Assembly (NCBI GenBank): GCA_049325595.1
Contig: JBMOLF010000001.1
Span: 64,001-128,000, forward strand
DNA length: 64,000 bases
DNA from: Candidatus Babelota bacterium
GTDB taxonomy: Bacteria; Babelota; Babeliae; Babelales; Vermiphilaceae
Direction: 5' to 3'
The position numbers were made by a program, and so were the translations under genes. Of this stretch, positions 20,141 through 30,554 are shown in pieces (positions within the stretch are counted from its first letter, which is position 1; each line of letters begins with the position of its first letter). The notes under the pieces were generated by a model. That model was given only the letters and a program-made list of their open reading frames with translations, made no database searches and was not told the DNA's origin.

Positions 20141-21289
20141 TTATGGTAATACGGTTAAAATAAATGCCATAAATGATTCTCTCATTTCTTGATCAAGATC
20201 TTGCAAAATTTCTTGACTAAATGCTTGCAGCAATAATCGTTGCGCTTGTTTTTGGCTCATGCCACGCGCTTGTAAATACAATAATTGATCATAATCAAAA
20301 TAACCTGTTGCACTTCCATGTGAACATTGCACATCATTGGTTAATGCTTCAAGACTTGGTATCGATCGTGCTTGAGCAAACTCAGAAAACAACATATTTT
20401 TATTTTCTTGATGAGCATTGGTATTATGCGCAGTAGAACTTATATGCACAAGACCGGCATAATCAAATAATGCATGATCAGCAAGCAACCCTTTAACCAG
20501 CAAATTACTGGTTGCATTACTTGCTTGGTGATGCTGATGCGTGCGCAACATAAGCTTTTGATGATTATGCAACACACTCAGCTCTTTAGCTGTTAATAAA
20601 CTGTTTTTACCCACCAGTTGAGCATGCCATTCGTGCAGGGTATTATGCGCGTAACGTGCTACCGAATAGTAGTTTAATTGCGCATGATCGTGTAAAACAA
20701 AATCAGTAAATCGCAACGCTGCTTGAACTTTTTCTTGATTGCTAATCTCGATCCAACGCAGTATCGCATGGCGATGAATAACGGTAGTTGTTGCAGTTAT
20801 TGAATGCACATGCGTATAAGCCCGATCATTAACAATGGTAATATTTGAATTTTCATCTGCAATGATAAGCAACTTTTCACAGGAAGCTGATCCAAAATAA
20901 TCATATATCTGCGAGAGTAAAATATGATGATTCTCATAAGGCGCACAATACAACACAATATAGTGTTTGCAAATCGCGTTTACCAGCTCTCGTATCGGTG
21001 ATGACGTATCGGAAATTGATTTGTTTATCTTATCAGATATAAGAAAAAAAATGTCATCATAATGCCCAGCAAATGAATTAATCGAAAAATAAAGCGGTTT
21101 TTTTTGTTTTTGATGTTGTACTAATGGTTCAATATGCCAATCAATAACAGGCATCAAAGAAATTTTAGCCTTTGGTAATTTTTCTAATAATTCTTCATAT
21201 TTTTGTAAATGATGTAATCGAACGTTATTTTCTACGTTGTTAGTAAGCCATTGCTTTGCTCGATCAATTGAAGGATAAAAGGTATTCAT
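20141..21289 (-). CDS. sufD: Fe-S assembly protein SufD (divergent N-terminus)
   Basis: P.LE...[12 protein letters not shown]...QL.YLQARG motif; located between sufB and sufS. Confidence 0.9.
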   Translation of the reverse strand: MNTFYPSIDRAKQWLTNNVENNVRLHHLQKYEELLEKLPKAKISLMPVIDWHIEPLVQHQKQKKPLYFSINSFAGHYDDIFFLISDKINKSISDTSSPIRELVNAICKHYIVLYCAPYENHHILLSQIYDYFGSASCEKLLIIADENSNITIVNDRAYTHVHSITATTTVIHRHAILRWIEISNQEKVQAALRFTDFVLHDHAQLNYYSVARYAHNTLHEWHAQLVGKNSLLTAKELSVLHNHQKLMLRTHQHHQASNATSNLLVKGLLADHALFDYAGLVHISSTAHNTNAHQENKNMLFSEFAQARSIPSLEALTNDVQCSHGSATGYFDYDQLLYLQARGMSQKQAQRLLLQAFSQEILQDLDQEMRESFMAFILTVLP

Positions 21290-22656
21290 CCAATAGATCC
21301 TTCCATTTCATGTTCAATAAGTCGATTAATTTCTATGGCATATTCCATTGGCAATTGTTGAACAAATGCATCAATAAATCCATTTACAATAAATGCTCGT
21401 GCTGCTGCCTCAGACAACCCACGGCTGGTAAGATAAAAAATTTGATCATCACTAATTTTGCTTACCGAAGCTTCATGACCAATATCAACTTTTTGTTGTG
21501 CTACATCCACTGTCGGATAGGTATCTGAACGAGAATGCTCATCAAGTAACAATGCATCACATTGCACGCGAGATTTTGCGTTGGCAGCTTTTTTTGAAAC
21601 TTTTAAAAGACCACGGTAACTTGTTCTGCCACCATCTTTACTTATCGATTTAGAAACAATATTAGATGTTGTATTTTCCGCCAGATGAATTACTTTAGCA
21701 CCAGCATCTTGATGTTGACCTTTTTTGGCCACCGCAATTGAAATAATCTGAGCTTTTGCGCCAGCTTCTTTTAAAACAACACAGGGATATTTCATGGTAA
21801 CTTTACTACCAAAATTGCCATCTATCCATTCTACGGTAGCATTTTTGTGAGCTATTGCCCTCTTTGTTACCAGATTATATACATTATTCGACCAGTTCTG
21901 GATTGTGGTATAGCGAATATGGCTTTCTGAAAGTGCTACCAATTCAACAACAGCGCTATGCAACGAACTCTTACGATACAATGGCGCGCTGCATCCTTCA
22001 ACATAATGCACGAAACTTCCTGGTTCGGCAATTATTAAGGTACGTTCAAATTGCCCCATTTGAGCCGCATTAATTCTAAAATAGGCTTGCAATGGTTGAT
22101 CAATCTGCACACCTGAAGGTACATATACAAAACTGCCACCACTCCAAACTGCACTGTTAAGTGCTGCGAACTTATTATCACGTACCGGTATTACTGTCGC
22201 AAAATATTTTTTGAACAAATCAGGATAATTAACCAATGCAGTGTTCATATCACAAAATATAACACCTTGTTCTTCCCATTTTTTTTGTAATTTTTTATAC
22301 ACAACTTCTGATTCGTATTGAGCGCCTACCCCTGCTAAGAATCGTTGTTCAGCTTGTGGAATACCTAAGGCATCAAACGTATTTTTAATAGAATCTGGGA
22401 CGGTATCCCAACTTGTTTTTTGATCTTCAAGTGGCTTTAAGTAATAGTAGATATCATCAAGTTGCAATTCACTCAAATCAGCACCCCACAAAGGCATTGG
22501 TATTTTTTCAAATACTTCTAATGCCTGGAGTCTAAAATCGGTCATCCAACCGGGTTCATTTTTTTGTTCAGAAATTTGAGTAACAATATCTCTTGTGAGC
22601 CCTTTTTTTGTTTTAAAAACATAAGAGCTCGAGAATGGATCACGAGAAGACATCAT
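21286..22656 (-). CDS. sufB: Fe-S assembly protein SufB
   Basis: [37 protein letters not shown] motifs. Confidence 0.97.
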   Translation of the reverse strand: MMSSRDPFSSSYVFKTKKGLTRDIVTQISEQKNEPGWMTDFRLQALEVFEKIPMPLWGADLSELQLDDIYYYLKPLEDQKTSWDTVPDSIKNTFDALGIPQAEQRFLAGVGAQYESEVVYKKLQKKWEEQGVIFCDMNTALVNYPDLFKKYFATVIPVRDNKFAALNSAVWSGGSFVYVPSGVQIDQPLQAYFRINAAQMGQFERTLIIAEPGSFVHYVEGCSAPLYRKSSLHSAVVELVALSESHIRYTTIQNWSNNVYNLVTKRAIAHKNATVEWIDGNFGSKVTMKYPCVVLKEAGAKAQIISIAVAKKGQHQDAGAKVIHLAENTTSNIVSKSISKDGGRTSYRGLLKVSKKAANAKSRVQCDALLLDEHSRSDTYPTVDVAQQKVDIGHEASVSKISDDQIFYLTSRGLSEAAARAFIVNGFIDAFVQQLPMEYAIEINRLIEHEMEGSIG

Positions 22657-23371
22657 ATCCTTTTATTTCTACTTCTTGGGCAAGCGCGATAGTACCACTC
22701 AAGCTAATGGTGCCATTTTTTAAAATATGAACATGATCAACCGGCATATGGTGCAAAAGACGGTTATAGTGGGTAATACAAAGTACAGCAAATTGATTAT
22801 TTTCTTTACGCAACTGTTCAATTACCCGCGCAACAAGCTTTAGCGCATCTACATCTAGCCCTGAATCTATTTCATCGAGTATTACTAACTTGGGCTTTAA
22901 AATAAGCATCTGTAACAACTCTAAGCGCTTTTTTTCGCCACCTGAAAACGACTCATTCAATGCCCTGTGAGCAAACGCATAATCCATATGCAAAAATTCA
23001 AGAGCTTGCGTAAGAAGATTCATAAAATCTTTAGCTGATATTGATGTTTTAAAAGTTGCCTGATAGGCCTCTTTTAAAAAATTAGAAACCGTAACACCAG
23101 GGATTTCAATTGGTTGTTGAAAAGCTAAAAATAACCCCTGTTGCGCTCGTTTATCAGGCGAAAGTGCTAAAAGATCCGATCCATTGTAATCAATTTGGCC
23201 TTGTAAAACCTGATAAGCAGGATGACCCATGAGCGTGTAAGCCAAGGTACTTTTACCCGATCCATTTGGCCCCATTATGGCATGAGTGGAGCCAGGTTCA
23301 ACATGCAATGAACATTCAGAAAGAATAACTTTTTGATCACGGCTAACCGTGACATTTTTTATATGAAGCAT
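22640..23371 (-). CDS. sufC: Fe-S assembly ATPase SufC
   Basis: [26 protein letters not shown]. Confidence 0.96.
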   Translation of the reverse strand: MLHIKNVTVSRDQKVILSECSLHVEPGSTHAIMGPNGSGKSTLAYTLMGHPAYQVLQGQIDYNGSDLLALSPDKRAQQGLFLAFQQPIEIPGVTVSNFLKEAYQATFKTSISAKDFMNLLTQALEFLHMDYAFAHRALNESFSGGEKKRLELLQMLILKPKLVILDEIDSGLDVDALKLVARVIEQLRKENNQFAVLCITHYNRLLHHMPVDHVHILKNGTISLSGTIALAQEVEIKGYDVFS

Positions 23372-23452
23372 TATATATAAATCGATTAGAATTATTTTTA
23401 TTATAGTATATCACAATGATAACTCATGTACTAATACAATAAGGAGAGCCCG

Positions 23453-24058
23453 ATGTTTTTTATTGTAATGCTTATTGCTTTTTGCCACTCAAGCGCATTA
23501 GGAATGGAATTAAAAATAGAATCCTATAAAGAATGTAAAGCCGCTCAGGAAAAAGTATGCGCTGCTGCTAAAAATGGAATTTTCCTTCAGGCATTGGTAC
23601 ACACCGAATCCATTCTTTCAAAAATAGATTCCAAAAAGCTTAATTCCTGGACTCATTTTACTCTTCAAGCCGGCGCTTTTGCTTATCTAAGCCATCAAAT
23701 TTTTAGATCTAAAGAACACCTTGAGGCACTCTACTCAAAACAATTTGATCCTTCATCTCATTTAGAATTTAAAAAAGTAAAAGCAGGTTATTATTTAGCG
23801 CAAATAGCTCTTGATGCAAATAATCTCCATCAAGCATTTGAATATTTGAGCGCTGCTTCACAAATCAGCTTGATAAGCAAGAAACGCAAAGAGTTTTATA
23901 TTACTGTTATGAATGATCTAGCAGAATTGTATAAACTTAGAAACGATTTATTAAATGCATGTTCCTGCTATGAAAATATAACGAGACTCGCTGAGGAATT
24001 TCCCCATGATGCGGCAGGCGCACAAATAGATTTAAAGCGATTAGAAAACATCTTATAA
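23453..24058 (+). CDS. Hypothetical secreted helical (TPR-like) protein
   Basis: AAGGAG RBS; signal peptide; YYLAQ..L.....QA..YL helical repeat pattern. Confidence 0.65.
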   Translation: MFFIVMLIAFCHSSALGMELKIESYKECKAAQEKVCAAAKNGIFLQALVHTESILSKIDSKKLNSWTHFTLQAGAFAYLSHQIFRSKEHLEALYSKQFDPSSHLEFKKVKAGYYLAQIALDANNLHQAFEYLSAASQISLISKKRKEFYITVMNDLAELYKLRNDLLNACSCYENITRLAEEFPHDAAGAQIDLKRLENIL

Positions 24059-24060
24059 AC

Positions 24061-24576
24061 TTATTTCAACAGCTGCACATATGCACTATCTAAATAGGTG
24101 TTTATTTCAAAAAAATAATCACATTGCCAAGATTGGGTTTCTAATGCTTGTTTGCTGCTCACCGTATCCCAAGGAGGATAAACACGCATAGCTCGTTTGC
24201 CACCTTTTTCATTTTTTGATAAAAAGCCTTTTTTATGTAGTATTTCTTTGGGAAATATAAAATGCCCCAAGCAATCAGCCTTATGAACACTGACTATCAA
24301 TAATTCAAATGAATCATTTAAATCTAATGGTATTATTGTACCCCTATCATTTCGTTTCCATAAAGTAACAAATTGACCTATTTTTGTAGGAGTTATTTTA
24401 GCAACTCTAAATTTAACTGATTTACCATTTAATTCATAACAACTTGCGCTGTATTCTTTGCTCTCAGCTTCAATAAAAAGATTTGCAATCAAGAAACCAG
24501 CAGCCTCATACAGCTTCAATGCCTTGTGTAAATCAGGATGTAAAATTAAATTTTGAATAGTGATGGAGTTTTTCAT
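24061..24576 (-). CDS. mepB: MepB family protein
   Basis: FRVAKITPTKIGQFVTLWKR, GKRAMRVYPPW, TQ.WQ..YF. Confidence 0.9.
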   Translation of the reverse strand: MKNSITIQNLILHPDLHKALKLYEAAGFLIANLFIEAESKEYSASCYELNGKSVKFRVAKITPTKIGQFVTLWKRNDRGTIIPLDLNDSFELLIVSVHKADCLGHFIFPKEILHKKGFLSKNEKGGKRAMRVYPPWDTVSSKQALETQSWQCDYFFEINTYLDSAYVQLLK

Positions 24577-24581
24577 AGAAA

Positions 24582-25754
24582 TTATAATACCCGAATTACT
24601 TCTTCAAAGGAAGTAAGTCCTTGCGAGAGTTTTGCAAAAGCATCTGCAGCCAACGTCTTCATTCCCTCTTCTTGTGCAATTTGTTCAATATCAGTTAATT
24701 TAGGTTGCTGCACAATAACTGAACGCAACTGATTGCTCATGATAAGCAATTGAAATATACCAATTCTACCCTTATAACCAGTGCCTAGGCATTCAGTACA
24801 ACCAACTGACTCATATAATTTCTCAATGGTGCAACTTAACTTAGTCATTATAGATTGTTGATCAGCAGTAGGTAACTTAACCACCTTACAAGCGTTACAT
24901 AATCGTCGTACCAATCGTTGCGCCAATACACCCGTAAGTGCGGCATTAATTAAGAATGGCTCAATACCCATATCAAGCAGTCGCATGATCACGCTTGGTG
25001 CATCACCCGCGTGAATAGTGCTTAACACAATGTGCCCCGTTAGTGCTGCTTCAATAGCAATATGTGCTGTTTGTTTATCGCGCATTTCTCCAACCATTAT
25101 AATGTCAGGATCTTGTCTAAGCAAAGCGCGCATACCTTTTTCAAAGGTAAATCCTGCTTCAGGATGTATTTGAGCTTGGCTAATGCCAGGAATATTGTAT
25201 TCAATAGGATCTTCAAGAGTGATTATATGTTGCCGTCGATTATTGAGCGCAGAAAGCGCTGCATACAGCGTTGTCGTTTTGCCCGATCCAGTAGGCCCTG
25301 CTGCTAAGAAAAAACCAAATGAACCGGAAAGCAGCTGTTGCGATTGAGCCAACATAGTTGGTTCAAATCCTAGTTGTGGCATTGATATTTTTAATCGTTC
25401 TTGATCAAGCAAACGCAATACAATTTTTTCGCCAAACGAACAAGGAAATGTAGAAAGTCGTACATCGATGATACGATTTTTAAAATTAAAACTAAATTTA
25501 CCATCTTGCGGAATCCGATGCTCAGCCACATTGATATGAGCAAGTATTTTAAGTCGAGCCATTACCGAAGATATGGTATCTATAATACAAGTCGCCGCAT
25601 CATATAAAACGCCATCAATACGCACTCTGATAACCAACCCTTCTGATGATGGTTCAAAATGAATATCAGATGCATTATAAAGCGTTGCCTGCTTTAATAC
25701 CGTATCAACCAAAGAAACGGCAGATAGCTGTTGATCAGCAGGTATACGAAGCAT
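24582..25754 (-). CDS. PilB/GspE-family secretion/pilus ATPase lacking the N1 domain
   Basis: ASDIHFEP, PQDG, GPTGSGKTTTLY, EDPIEY, LRQDPD...GEMRD, C..C zinc motif, GYKGRIG. Confidence 0.93.
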   Translation of the reverse strand: MLRIPADQQLSAVSLVDTVLKQATLYNASDIHFEPSSEGLVIRVRIDGVLYDAATCIIDTISSVMARLKILAHINVAEHRIPQDGKFSFNFKNRIIDVRLSTFPCSFGEKIVLRLLDQERLKISMPQLGFEPTMLAQSQQLLSGSFGFFLAAGPTGSGKTTTLYAALSALNNRRQHIITLEDPIEYNIPGISQAQIHPEAGFTFEKGMRALLRQDPDIIMVGEMRDKQTAHIAIEAALTGHIVLSTIHAGDAPSVIMRLLDMGIEPFLINAALTGVLAQRLVRRLCNACKVVKLPTADQQSIMTKLSCTIEKLYESVGCTECLGTGYKGRIGIFQLLIMSNQLRSVIVQQPKLTDIEQIAQEEGMKTLAADAFAKLSQGLTSFEEVIRVL

Positions 25755-25757
25755 ACT

Positions 25758-26348
25758 TTATTCTCCTAGATCTTCATCTTCATTAGCAGATGGATCATGG
25801 ATTTTAGGACTTTCATCTTCCTCTAAGAGCAATTCATTGTGCAACTCTAATTCAATTTCATTTTCATTCATTACTTTGTCGTAATCATAACCTTGAGTGA
25901 GGGAATCTTCATAATATTCTTTTACTGCATCTTCAATATCACGCCCAAGTCCTACATAAAACTGAATATCATATGAAACATATTCACCTATTTCTGGTAA
26001 CAATTCAGAATCATTTGGGTTACTTGCAACCATGATCAAAATATTTTCATCGACTTGCAAAGGAATAATACGCTTACGCAATAAAAAGTCTTTAGGAAAT
26101 TTATGTAATAAAAAAGTTTCAAAAAAATATCCCACCACATCAATGGCAGGAACTTCATAAAGATCACTGAGCGCTTTTAATAAGGGCGCTTCTTCTACCA
26201 ATCCCTCTTCTAGCAGAAAATCATCAAACGATTCTTTAGAAGAATTTTTAAATGCACGCTGCATTGCTCGTGCTTCTTCTGGTTTTACTACTTTATTTTT
26301 TACTAAAATATCGCATAATGCTTGGGCAAATGTCTCTCTCTTTTCCAT
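25758..26348 (-). CDS. Stand-alone GspE/PilB N-terminal (T2SSE_N-like) domain
   Basis: L.D.L....V, L.E.GLV.E..L..ALS, FP..FL....IIPL......L..VA..P pattern; directly upstream of the ATPase. Confidence 0.78.
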   Translation of the reverse strand: MEKRETFAQALCDILVKNKVVKPEEARAMQRAFKNSSKESFDDFLLEEGLVEEAPLLKALSDLYEVPAIDVVGYFFETFLLHKFPKDFLLRKRIIPLQVDENILIMVASNPNDSELLPEIGEYVSYDIQFYVGLGRDIEDAVKEYYEDSLTQGYDYDKVMNENEIELELHNELLLEEDESPKIHDPSANEDEDLGE

Positions 26349-26362
26349 GCTTCATTTCCTTT

Positions 26363-26752
26363 TTAACCAACGCGTATGCCAAATGCACAACCACCAGCAA
26401 AACTTAATGCGATGAGAACATTATTTTTTATCCATGTCCATAATAGTTGAATAATATCTCCTTCAGTTGCACCATATTCGATGCCAAAAAAAGAACGTAA
26501 TTTATCTTGATTTAAAGAAATCTGGATGATTTCAAACTGATTAAGAATTACTAATCCAATAATGACGCTAATAATAATTGCAAGAATATGTGCATAGCGC
26601 TTTAGTAAATAACCAATTACAAAGCCTAATCCAAATCCGACAAGCATACCCGTTAAAGTACCACGCATGTCCCAAAATTTTTGTTTAATATTCTCAACAT
26701 GTAATGAATCTTTTACTGAGTCAACCCAATTAGTCGCACTATTTTGTGCCAT
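26363..26752 (-). CDS. FUN14-like small membrane protein
   Basis: G...GF..GY.LK...........G...L.....I.....DK ... F.GG...G pattern. Confidence 0.6.
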   Translation of the reverse strand: MAQNSATNWVDSVKDSLHVENIKQKFWDMRGTLTGMLVGFGLGFVIGYLLKRYAHILAIIISVIIGLVILNQFEIIQISLNQDKLRSFFGIEYGATEGDIIQLLWTWIKNNVLIALSFAGGCAFGIRVG

Positions 26753-26828
26753 ACGAAATCTCCAGTTTTTTGATAAAAAATTTTGCTCTCTGATTTAGAT
26801 CTTAACGTACTGAAAAAATTTTTTCCAT

Positions 26829-26863
26829 AAAAAAAGGAGAGACATCAATTTGATGTCTCTCCT
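26829..26863 (-). terminator. Intrinsic terminator of hup
   Basis: AGGAGAGACATCA / TGATGTCTCTCCT stem followed by a T-run on the minus strand. Confidence 0.88.
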
Positions 26864-26887
26864 GCAATTTTTAGCTTTTTTCGTTAA

Positions 26888-27166
26888 TTACGCTTTGGTA
26901 ACTAAAGATTTAAGAGCTTTTCCTGGTCTGAATTTAGGAACTTTCTTAGCAGGAATTTGCATTTTTTTACCAGTAGCTGGATTTACACCAACTCTGCTTT
27001 TTCTTTTCATTACAGTAAATGTACCAAAACCGGTTAATACAACTGGTTTACCTTGTTTAAGTGCAGTACTGACAGCAGAAATGAAAGCTTCGAGGCTTTC
27101 CTTGCAAGTTGCTTTAGAAAGCTTGGTCTGCTTTGCCATGCTTTCAACTAATTTAGCTTTGTTCAT
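26888..27166 (-). CDS. hup: HU DNA-binding protein
   Basis: MNKAKLV...GFGTF....R..R.G.NP.TG....IPA..VPKF.PGKALK. Confidence 0.96.
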   Translation of the reverse strand: MNKAKLVESMAKQTKLSKATCKESLEAFISAVSTALKQGKPVVLTGFGTFTVMKRKSRVGVNPATGKKMQIPAKKVPKFRPGKALKSLVTKA

Positions 27167-27226
27167 GAAATATCCTTCAATTGTTTGTTCTCAATTTTTG
27201 AGCAAACAAAACTAGTACTACAATGT

Positions 27227-27255
27227 ACACTATTTGTCGTCTAAATTTTTGTCAA
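27227..27255 (-). promoter_or_regulatory. Putative sigma70 promoter of hup
   Basis: TTGACA-17 nt-TAGTGT on the minus strand. Confidence 0.6.
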
Positions 27256-27275
27256 GAATAATTTGGATTTTTTGA

Positions 27276-27362
27276 TGGTGCCGAGAGCCGGACTCGAACC
27301 GGCACAGACTTACGTCCGAAGGATTTTAAGTCCTTTGCGTCTACCAATTTCGCCATCTCGGC
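27276..27362 (-). tRNA. tRNA-Leu (anticodon TAA)
   Basis: GCCGAGATGGCGAAATTGGTAGACGC..AAGGA CTTAAAA TCCTT..long variable arm..GGTTCGAGTCC..CACCA. Confidence 0.96.
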
Positions 27363-27400
27363 ATGTATTTCAATATATTGTACCACAAAATTATGATTTG

Positions 27401-27474
27401 TGGAGGCGGCACCCGGATTCGAACCGGGGGTCAGGGTTTTGCAGACCCATGCCTTACCACTTGGCTATGCCGCC
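27401..27474 (-). tRNA. tRNA-Cys (anticodon GCA)
   Basis: GGCGGCATAGCCAAGTGGTAAGGC..GGGT CTGCAAA ACCC..GGTTCGAATCC..CTCCA. Confidence 0.96.
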
Positions 27475-27483
27475 TTGAAATCT

Positions 27484-28077
27484 TTATTTACCTATTATAC
27501 CAGCTGCTACCATTTTTTCATACAACTCTTGTGTTGTGATTACTTTAACAGTATCAGAAGCTTCTTCACTAAGCATATCGTCTTCAGCAGGTTTTTCAAT
27601 TTTTGATTTCAAGTATGCACTAGCACAAGCGCCTTTAACTGGTAACCCTTGCTGGTACCATTCAGCCATACCTGCTTCGTATGCCCATACATGCTCAAAT
27701 CCAAGATTCTTGAAAATCTTGTACGCTTCGCCACTGGCAGCACACATATAGTTACTGCAATATATTACTACTTCAGCATTTTTTGGCAATGTTTTTGCAT
27801 ATTCCGCGACTTTTTCAAAAGGAACATTAATAGAACCTATAATGCTGCAATCGTCAAACTCTTTAGCGCCCAATACATTAATGACATACAATGATTGAGT
27901 AGCTAATTCCTCTTTAGGCTTTTGAAAGCATGAAGGAAGAATTGTCAAAGAACATAACCCCAAAATTAGTAAAAATAATCTTGAAAAAGAAGCTGTCATA
28001 AGGTCTCCTGATTTATTATTACCAATCTTGCTTGCGTCTACTGTACCAAAAAATAAGTATTGTGCAATATTTTTCAT
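27484..28077 (-). CDS. Rhodanese-domain protein, possibly a lipoprotein
   Basis: I.GSINVP, VVIYCSNYMCAAS, AYEAGMAEW; LPSC lipobox-like motif. Confidence 0.85.
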   Translation of the reverse strand: MKNIAQYLFFGTVDASKIGNNKSGDLMTASFSRLFLLILGLCSLTILPSCFQKPKEELATQSLYVINVLGAKEFDDCSIIGSINVPFEKVAEYAKTLPKNAEVVIYCSNYMCAASGEAYKIFKNLGFEHVWAYEAGMAEWYQQGLPVKGACASAYLKSKIEKPAEDDMLSEEASDTVKVITTQELYEKMVAAGIIGK

Positions 28078-28086
28078 ACAAATCCT

Positions 28087-28482
28087 TTAAATTTTCATTA
28101 ATTTTCGCAATTCTGCTGCGCCAATAGTACGTATCTCTTCTGTTCCTTGTTCTGGAACTGCTGGTTTAGAAGTTGGTTTTGATAAATATTCCAACTTACA
28201 TTCACCCTGCACCGGAAAACCCATTTGAAACCATTCTACAACACCACCTTCGTATGCCCACACATTTTTAAAACCCATTCTATTAAGTTTTTGCCATGCC
28301 AGACGGCTCATCGGACATAAATAATTAGCACAATATACTACAACTGGTTTTTTTCGGTCCCATTCTTTAACTTCTTGTTCTAATTGATCAAGATGAATAT
28401 TAATGGAATTTTGTATATGGCAATCTATATAGGTTTTATTATCGAGCACATTGATAACAGCTAGATTAGTATCGGGAAGCAT
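28087..28482 (-). CDS. Rhodanese-domain protein (tandem paralog)
   Basis: HI.NSINI, VVVYCANYLCPMS, AYEGGVVEW. Confidence 0.87.
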   Translation of the reverse strand: MLPDTNLAVINVLDNKTYIDCHIQNSINIHLDQLEQEVKEWDRKKPVVVYCANYLCPMSRLAWQKLNRMGFKNVWAYEGGVVEWFQMGFPVQGECKLEYLSKPTSKPAVPEQGTEEIRTIGAAELRKLMKI

Positions 28483-28506
28483 TCTACTCTCCTTTTTTTT
28501 TAAGAG

Positions 28507-29496
28507 TTATTTAACAATTTGTAAGAATCTATTCCAACGTACCCGTTTCCAAAAATCTATTGGATGTTTTATAAGATCAACAATCCACCAATCTTCGTTG
28601 CTATCAACTGACCAAATTCTGAACAAAATACGCGCATGGATATATTTACCATCAATAGGTCCAAAATAGCGACAATCTTGACTGCCACGACGATTATCTC
28701 CCATACACCAATATTGATTTTTACCTAATTCTATATAAAAATCATCAGTTCCATTCCAATAATTTTTGCTTCCCGGTTGCGGTGGACGCACACATTGTGG
28801 TTTAGTCTCTGCAACAAATGGTTCAATTAAAATTGGCTTGCCATCACGATATACAATACGATCAGGAGTTATGCGATAAAATGGTTGATCTTCATATGAT
28901 ACTGAAGGATCATATGAACGACGCACTTGATATTCATAACGCAATTGCGTAGCAACAAAGTCATTAAATTGTGATGAGTGTAAATAACCGTGAGAAATCC
29001 ATTTTAAAGCTTCTTGCTCAACGTTTTTTTGTGCAATCGCGGGATCAACCTTCCATAAATCAATTAAGGGATATTTATTAATATAAGGTTCATTAAGTTT
29101 TACATCATTAAGATATATTACTGGTTTGCCATCTTCAATTACCCCACGAATTTTATCACCCGGAATACCTATTACTCGTTTAGTCCAATTTGAAGGTCCC
29201 CATACATATTGCTGGAAAAGATAGGTGAGTGGATTTGATGAATAATTAAAAAGCGGGTCGTTAAAAGCAATTATTTCGCCACGTTGTGGAGCTCTAAATA
29301 GATAGGTAAATTTATCTGCAAAAAAACGTTCTCCAACTAACATAGTTGTTTCCATCGAACCAGTTGGTACTTGATAAAGACCAAATCCAATAGTTCTAAT
29401 TAAAAACACCACCGATAATAAAAAAATCATTTGTCCTAATGATTCCAAAAAACTTTTTGGTGGTTTATTAGTTTTATTTTTTGAAAATATTTGCAT
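28507..29496 (-). CDS. lepB: Signal peptidase I
   Basis: GSMETT (catalytic Ser), KRVIGIPGD (Lys), GDNR..S.D.RYFG. Confidence 0.95.
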   Translation of the reverse strand: MQIFSKNKTNKPPKSFLESLGQMIFLLSVVFLIRTIGFGLYQVPTGSMETTMLVGERFFADKFTYLFRAPQRGEIIAFNDPLFNYSSNPLTYLFQQYVWGPSNWTKRVIGIPGDKIRGVIEDGKPVIYLNDVKLNEPYINKYPLIDLWKVDPAIAQKNVEQEALKWISHGYLHSSQFNDFVATQLRYEYQVRRSYDPSVSYEDQPFYRITPDRIVYRDGKPILIEPFVAETKPQCVRPPQPGSKNYWNGTDDFYIELGKNQYWCMGDNRRGSQDCRYFGPIDGKYIHARILFRIWSVDSNEDWWIVDLIKHPIDFWKRVRWNRFLQIVK

Positions 29497-29538
29497 ATTA
29501 TTTCCCTTACAAAAAATTAAACAACTTTGTGGCGCTTA

Positions 29539-30186
29539 TTATACCAAAAAATACAAGGGATCAACTTGTCTGCCAAACATATGCACTTCAAAATGCAAGT
29601 GTGAGGCATCTTTCCCCTTTTTATGCACATGACCTGTTGACCCTACTTCACCAATCAAGGTTCCTTTTTGTACTTTAGTGCCAACTGGTGCATGTATTTT
29701 GTGTAAATGAGCATAACGAGTTCTATATTTATTGTTATGAACAATTTCTACCATATTCCCGTAACCAGAATAATAGCCGGATCGTATTACCACACCAGTT
29801 TCAGCTGCTTTTACGGGTGTACCTTGGGAAGCAGCCATGTCTATCCCCGTGTGAAATCCACGTGGTTTTTTTCTTGGACCAAAAAATGAACTCAACCAAA
29901 ACTGAGCCCGCTCAATTGGCCATGCAAGACTAATATCATGCTGTAAATTAGCTGGGCGGCTTGAATAAATTTTCTTCAATCGCCCGGAAGACACGATTGG
30001 TCGTGGCCGTTTAGGAATCACTTTGCGTTTGCGTTCTGGTACTTTTGGTTTAGTAGCGTCAAGCACCTGATCACTATAATCACGCCATTCATCAAGATCT
30101 AAATGGTTTAACAAATTATCTAGTTTTTCTGCTTTTAAATAATCAATCATTGATTGACGCAAATAACCAAGTTCGCGATTTACCAC
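29539..30186 (-). CDS. M23-family metallopeptidase (frame is open upstream to 30330; probably the C-terminal part of a frameshifted gene)
   Basis: HTGID (HxxxD), YAHL, HLHFEV (HxH) motifs. Confidence 0.92.
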   Translation of the reverse strand: MVNRELGYLRQSMIDYLKAEKLDNLLNHLDLDEWRDYSDQVLDATKPKVPERKRKVIPKRPRPIVSSGRLKKIYSSRPANLQHDISLAWPIERAQFWLSSFFGPRKKPRGFHTGIDMAASQGTPVKAAETGVVIRSGYYSGYGNMVEIVHNNKYRTRYAHLHKIHAPVGTKVQKGTLIGEVGSTGHVHKKGKDASHLHFEVHMFGRQVDPLYFLV

Positions 30187-30233
30187 GACAAAATTAGTTT
30201 CTTTGGCTTCATTTTCTGCTGATTGATTTTTTT

Positions 30234-30316
30234 GCGAGCGATCAACTGCACGAGCGACTTTAACAGCAAGGTGTGAATATCGCTCGCCAGCTACTTTCCC
30301 AGATTGTCGATCTCCT
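30234..30316 (-). promoter_or_regulatory. Putative -1 programmed ribosomal frameshift signal
   Basis: AGGAG (30316-30312), 11 nt, G_GGA_AAG (30300-30294), TAG, then GCGAGCGAT stem with complementary partners at 30258-30250 and 30242-30234. Confidence 0.65.
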
Positions 30317-30554
30317 GGGCAGCTAACGTATTATAGTCATGTAATACTTTTTTGAGCGCAACAATATATGATTGATATTCTTGCTTGAGCTCTAACATTT
30401 TATCAGCTTGTCGCACAAAAAAGCGGTATTCAGCATACAATAAAATACTTAAGCCACTGGCAACAAGGGTGAAAAATAAAAAAAAATATTTACTTAATTG
30501 ATTGATACATAGCTTAATGGTACTTCCCTATCCTGTAAGACGCATATTACTCAT
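30291..30554 (-). CDS. Unannotated N-terminal membrane-anchor/coiled-coil ORF of the M23 peptidase; start uncertain, in-frame TAG at 30530-30528
   Basis: Reads MSNMRLTG*GSTIKLCINQLSKYFFLFFTLVASGLSILLYAEYRFFVRQADKMLELKQEYQSYIVALKKVLHDYNTLAAQEIDNLGK*; ATG 30554 overlaps the upstream stop (TAATG). Confidence 0.6.

Noticed and set aside
26850..27215. 121-aa plus-strand ORF
   Set aside because: Antisense shadow of hup.
27263..27606. Plus-strand ORFs 27263-27478 and 27400-27606
   Set aside because: They are antisense translations of tRNA-Leu and tRNA-Cys.
30528..30530. In-frame TAG considered as evidence of genome-wide amber reassignment
   Set aside because: TAG ends other genes normally (e.g. 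16083, 41466, 41933, 42894) and conserved genes contain no internal TAG.
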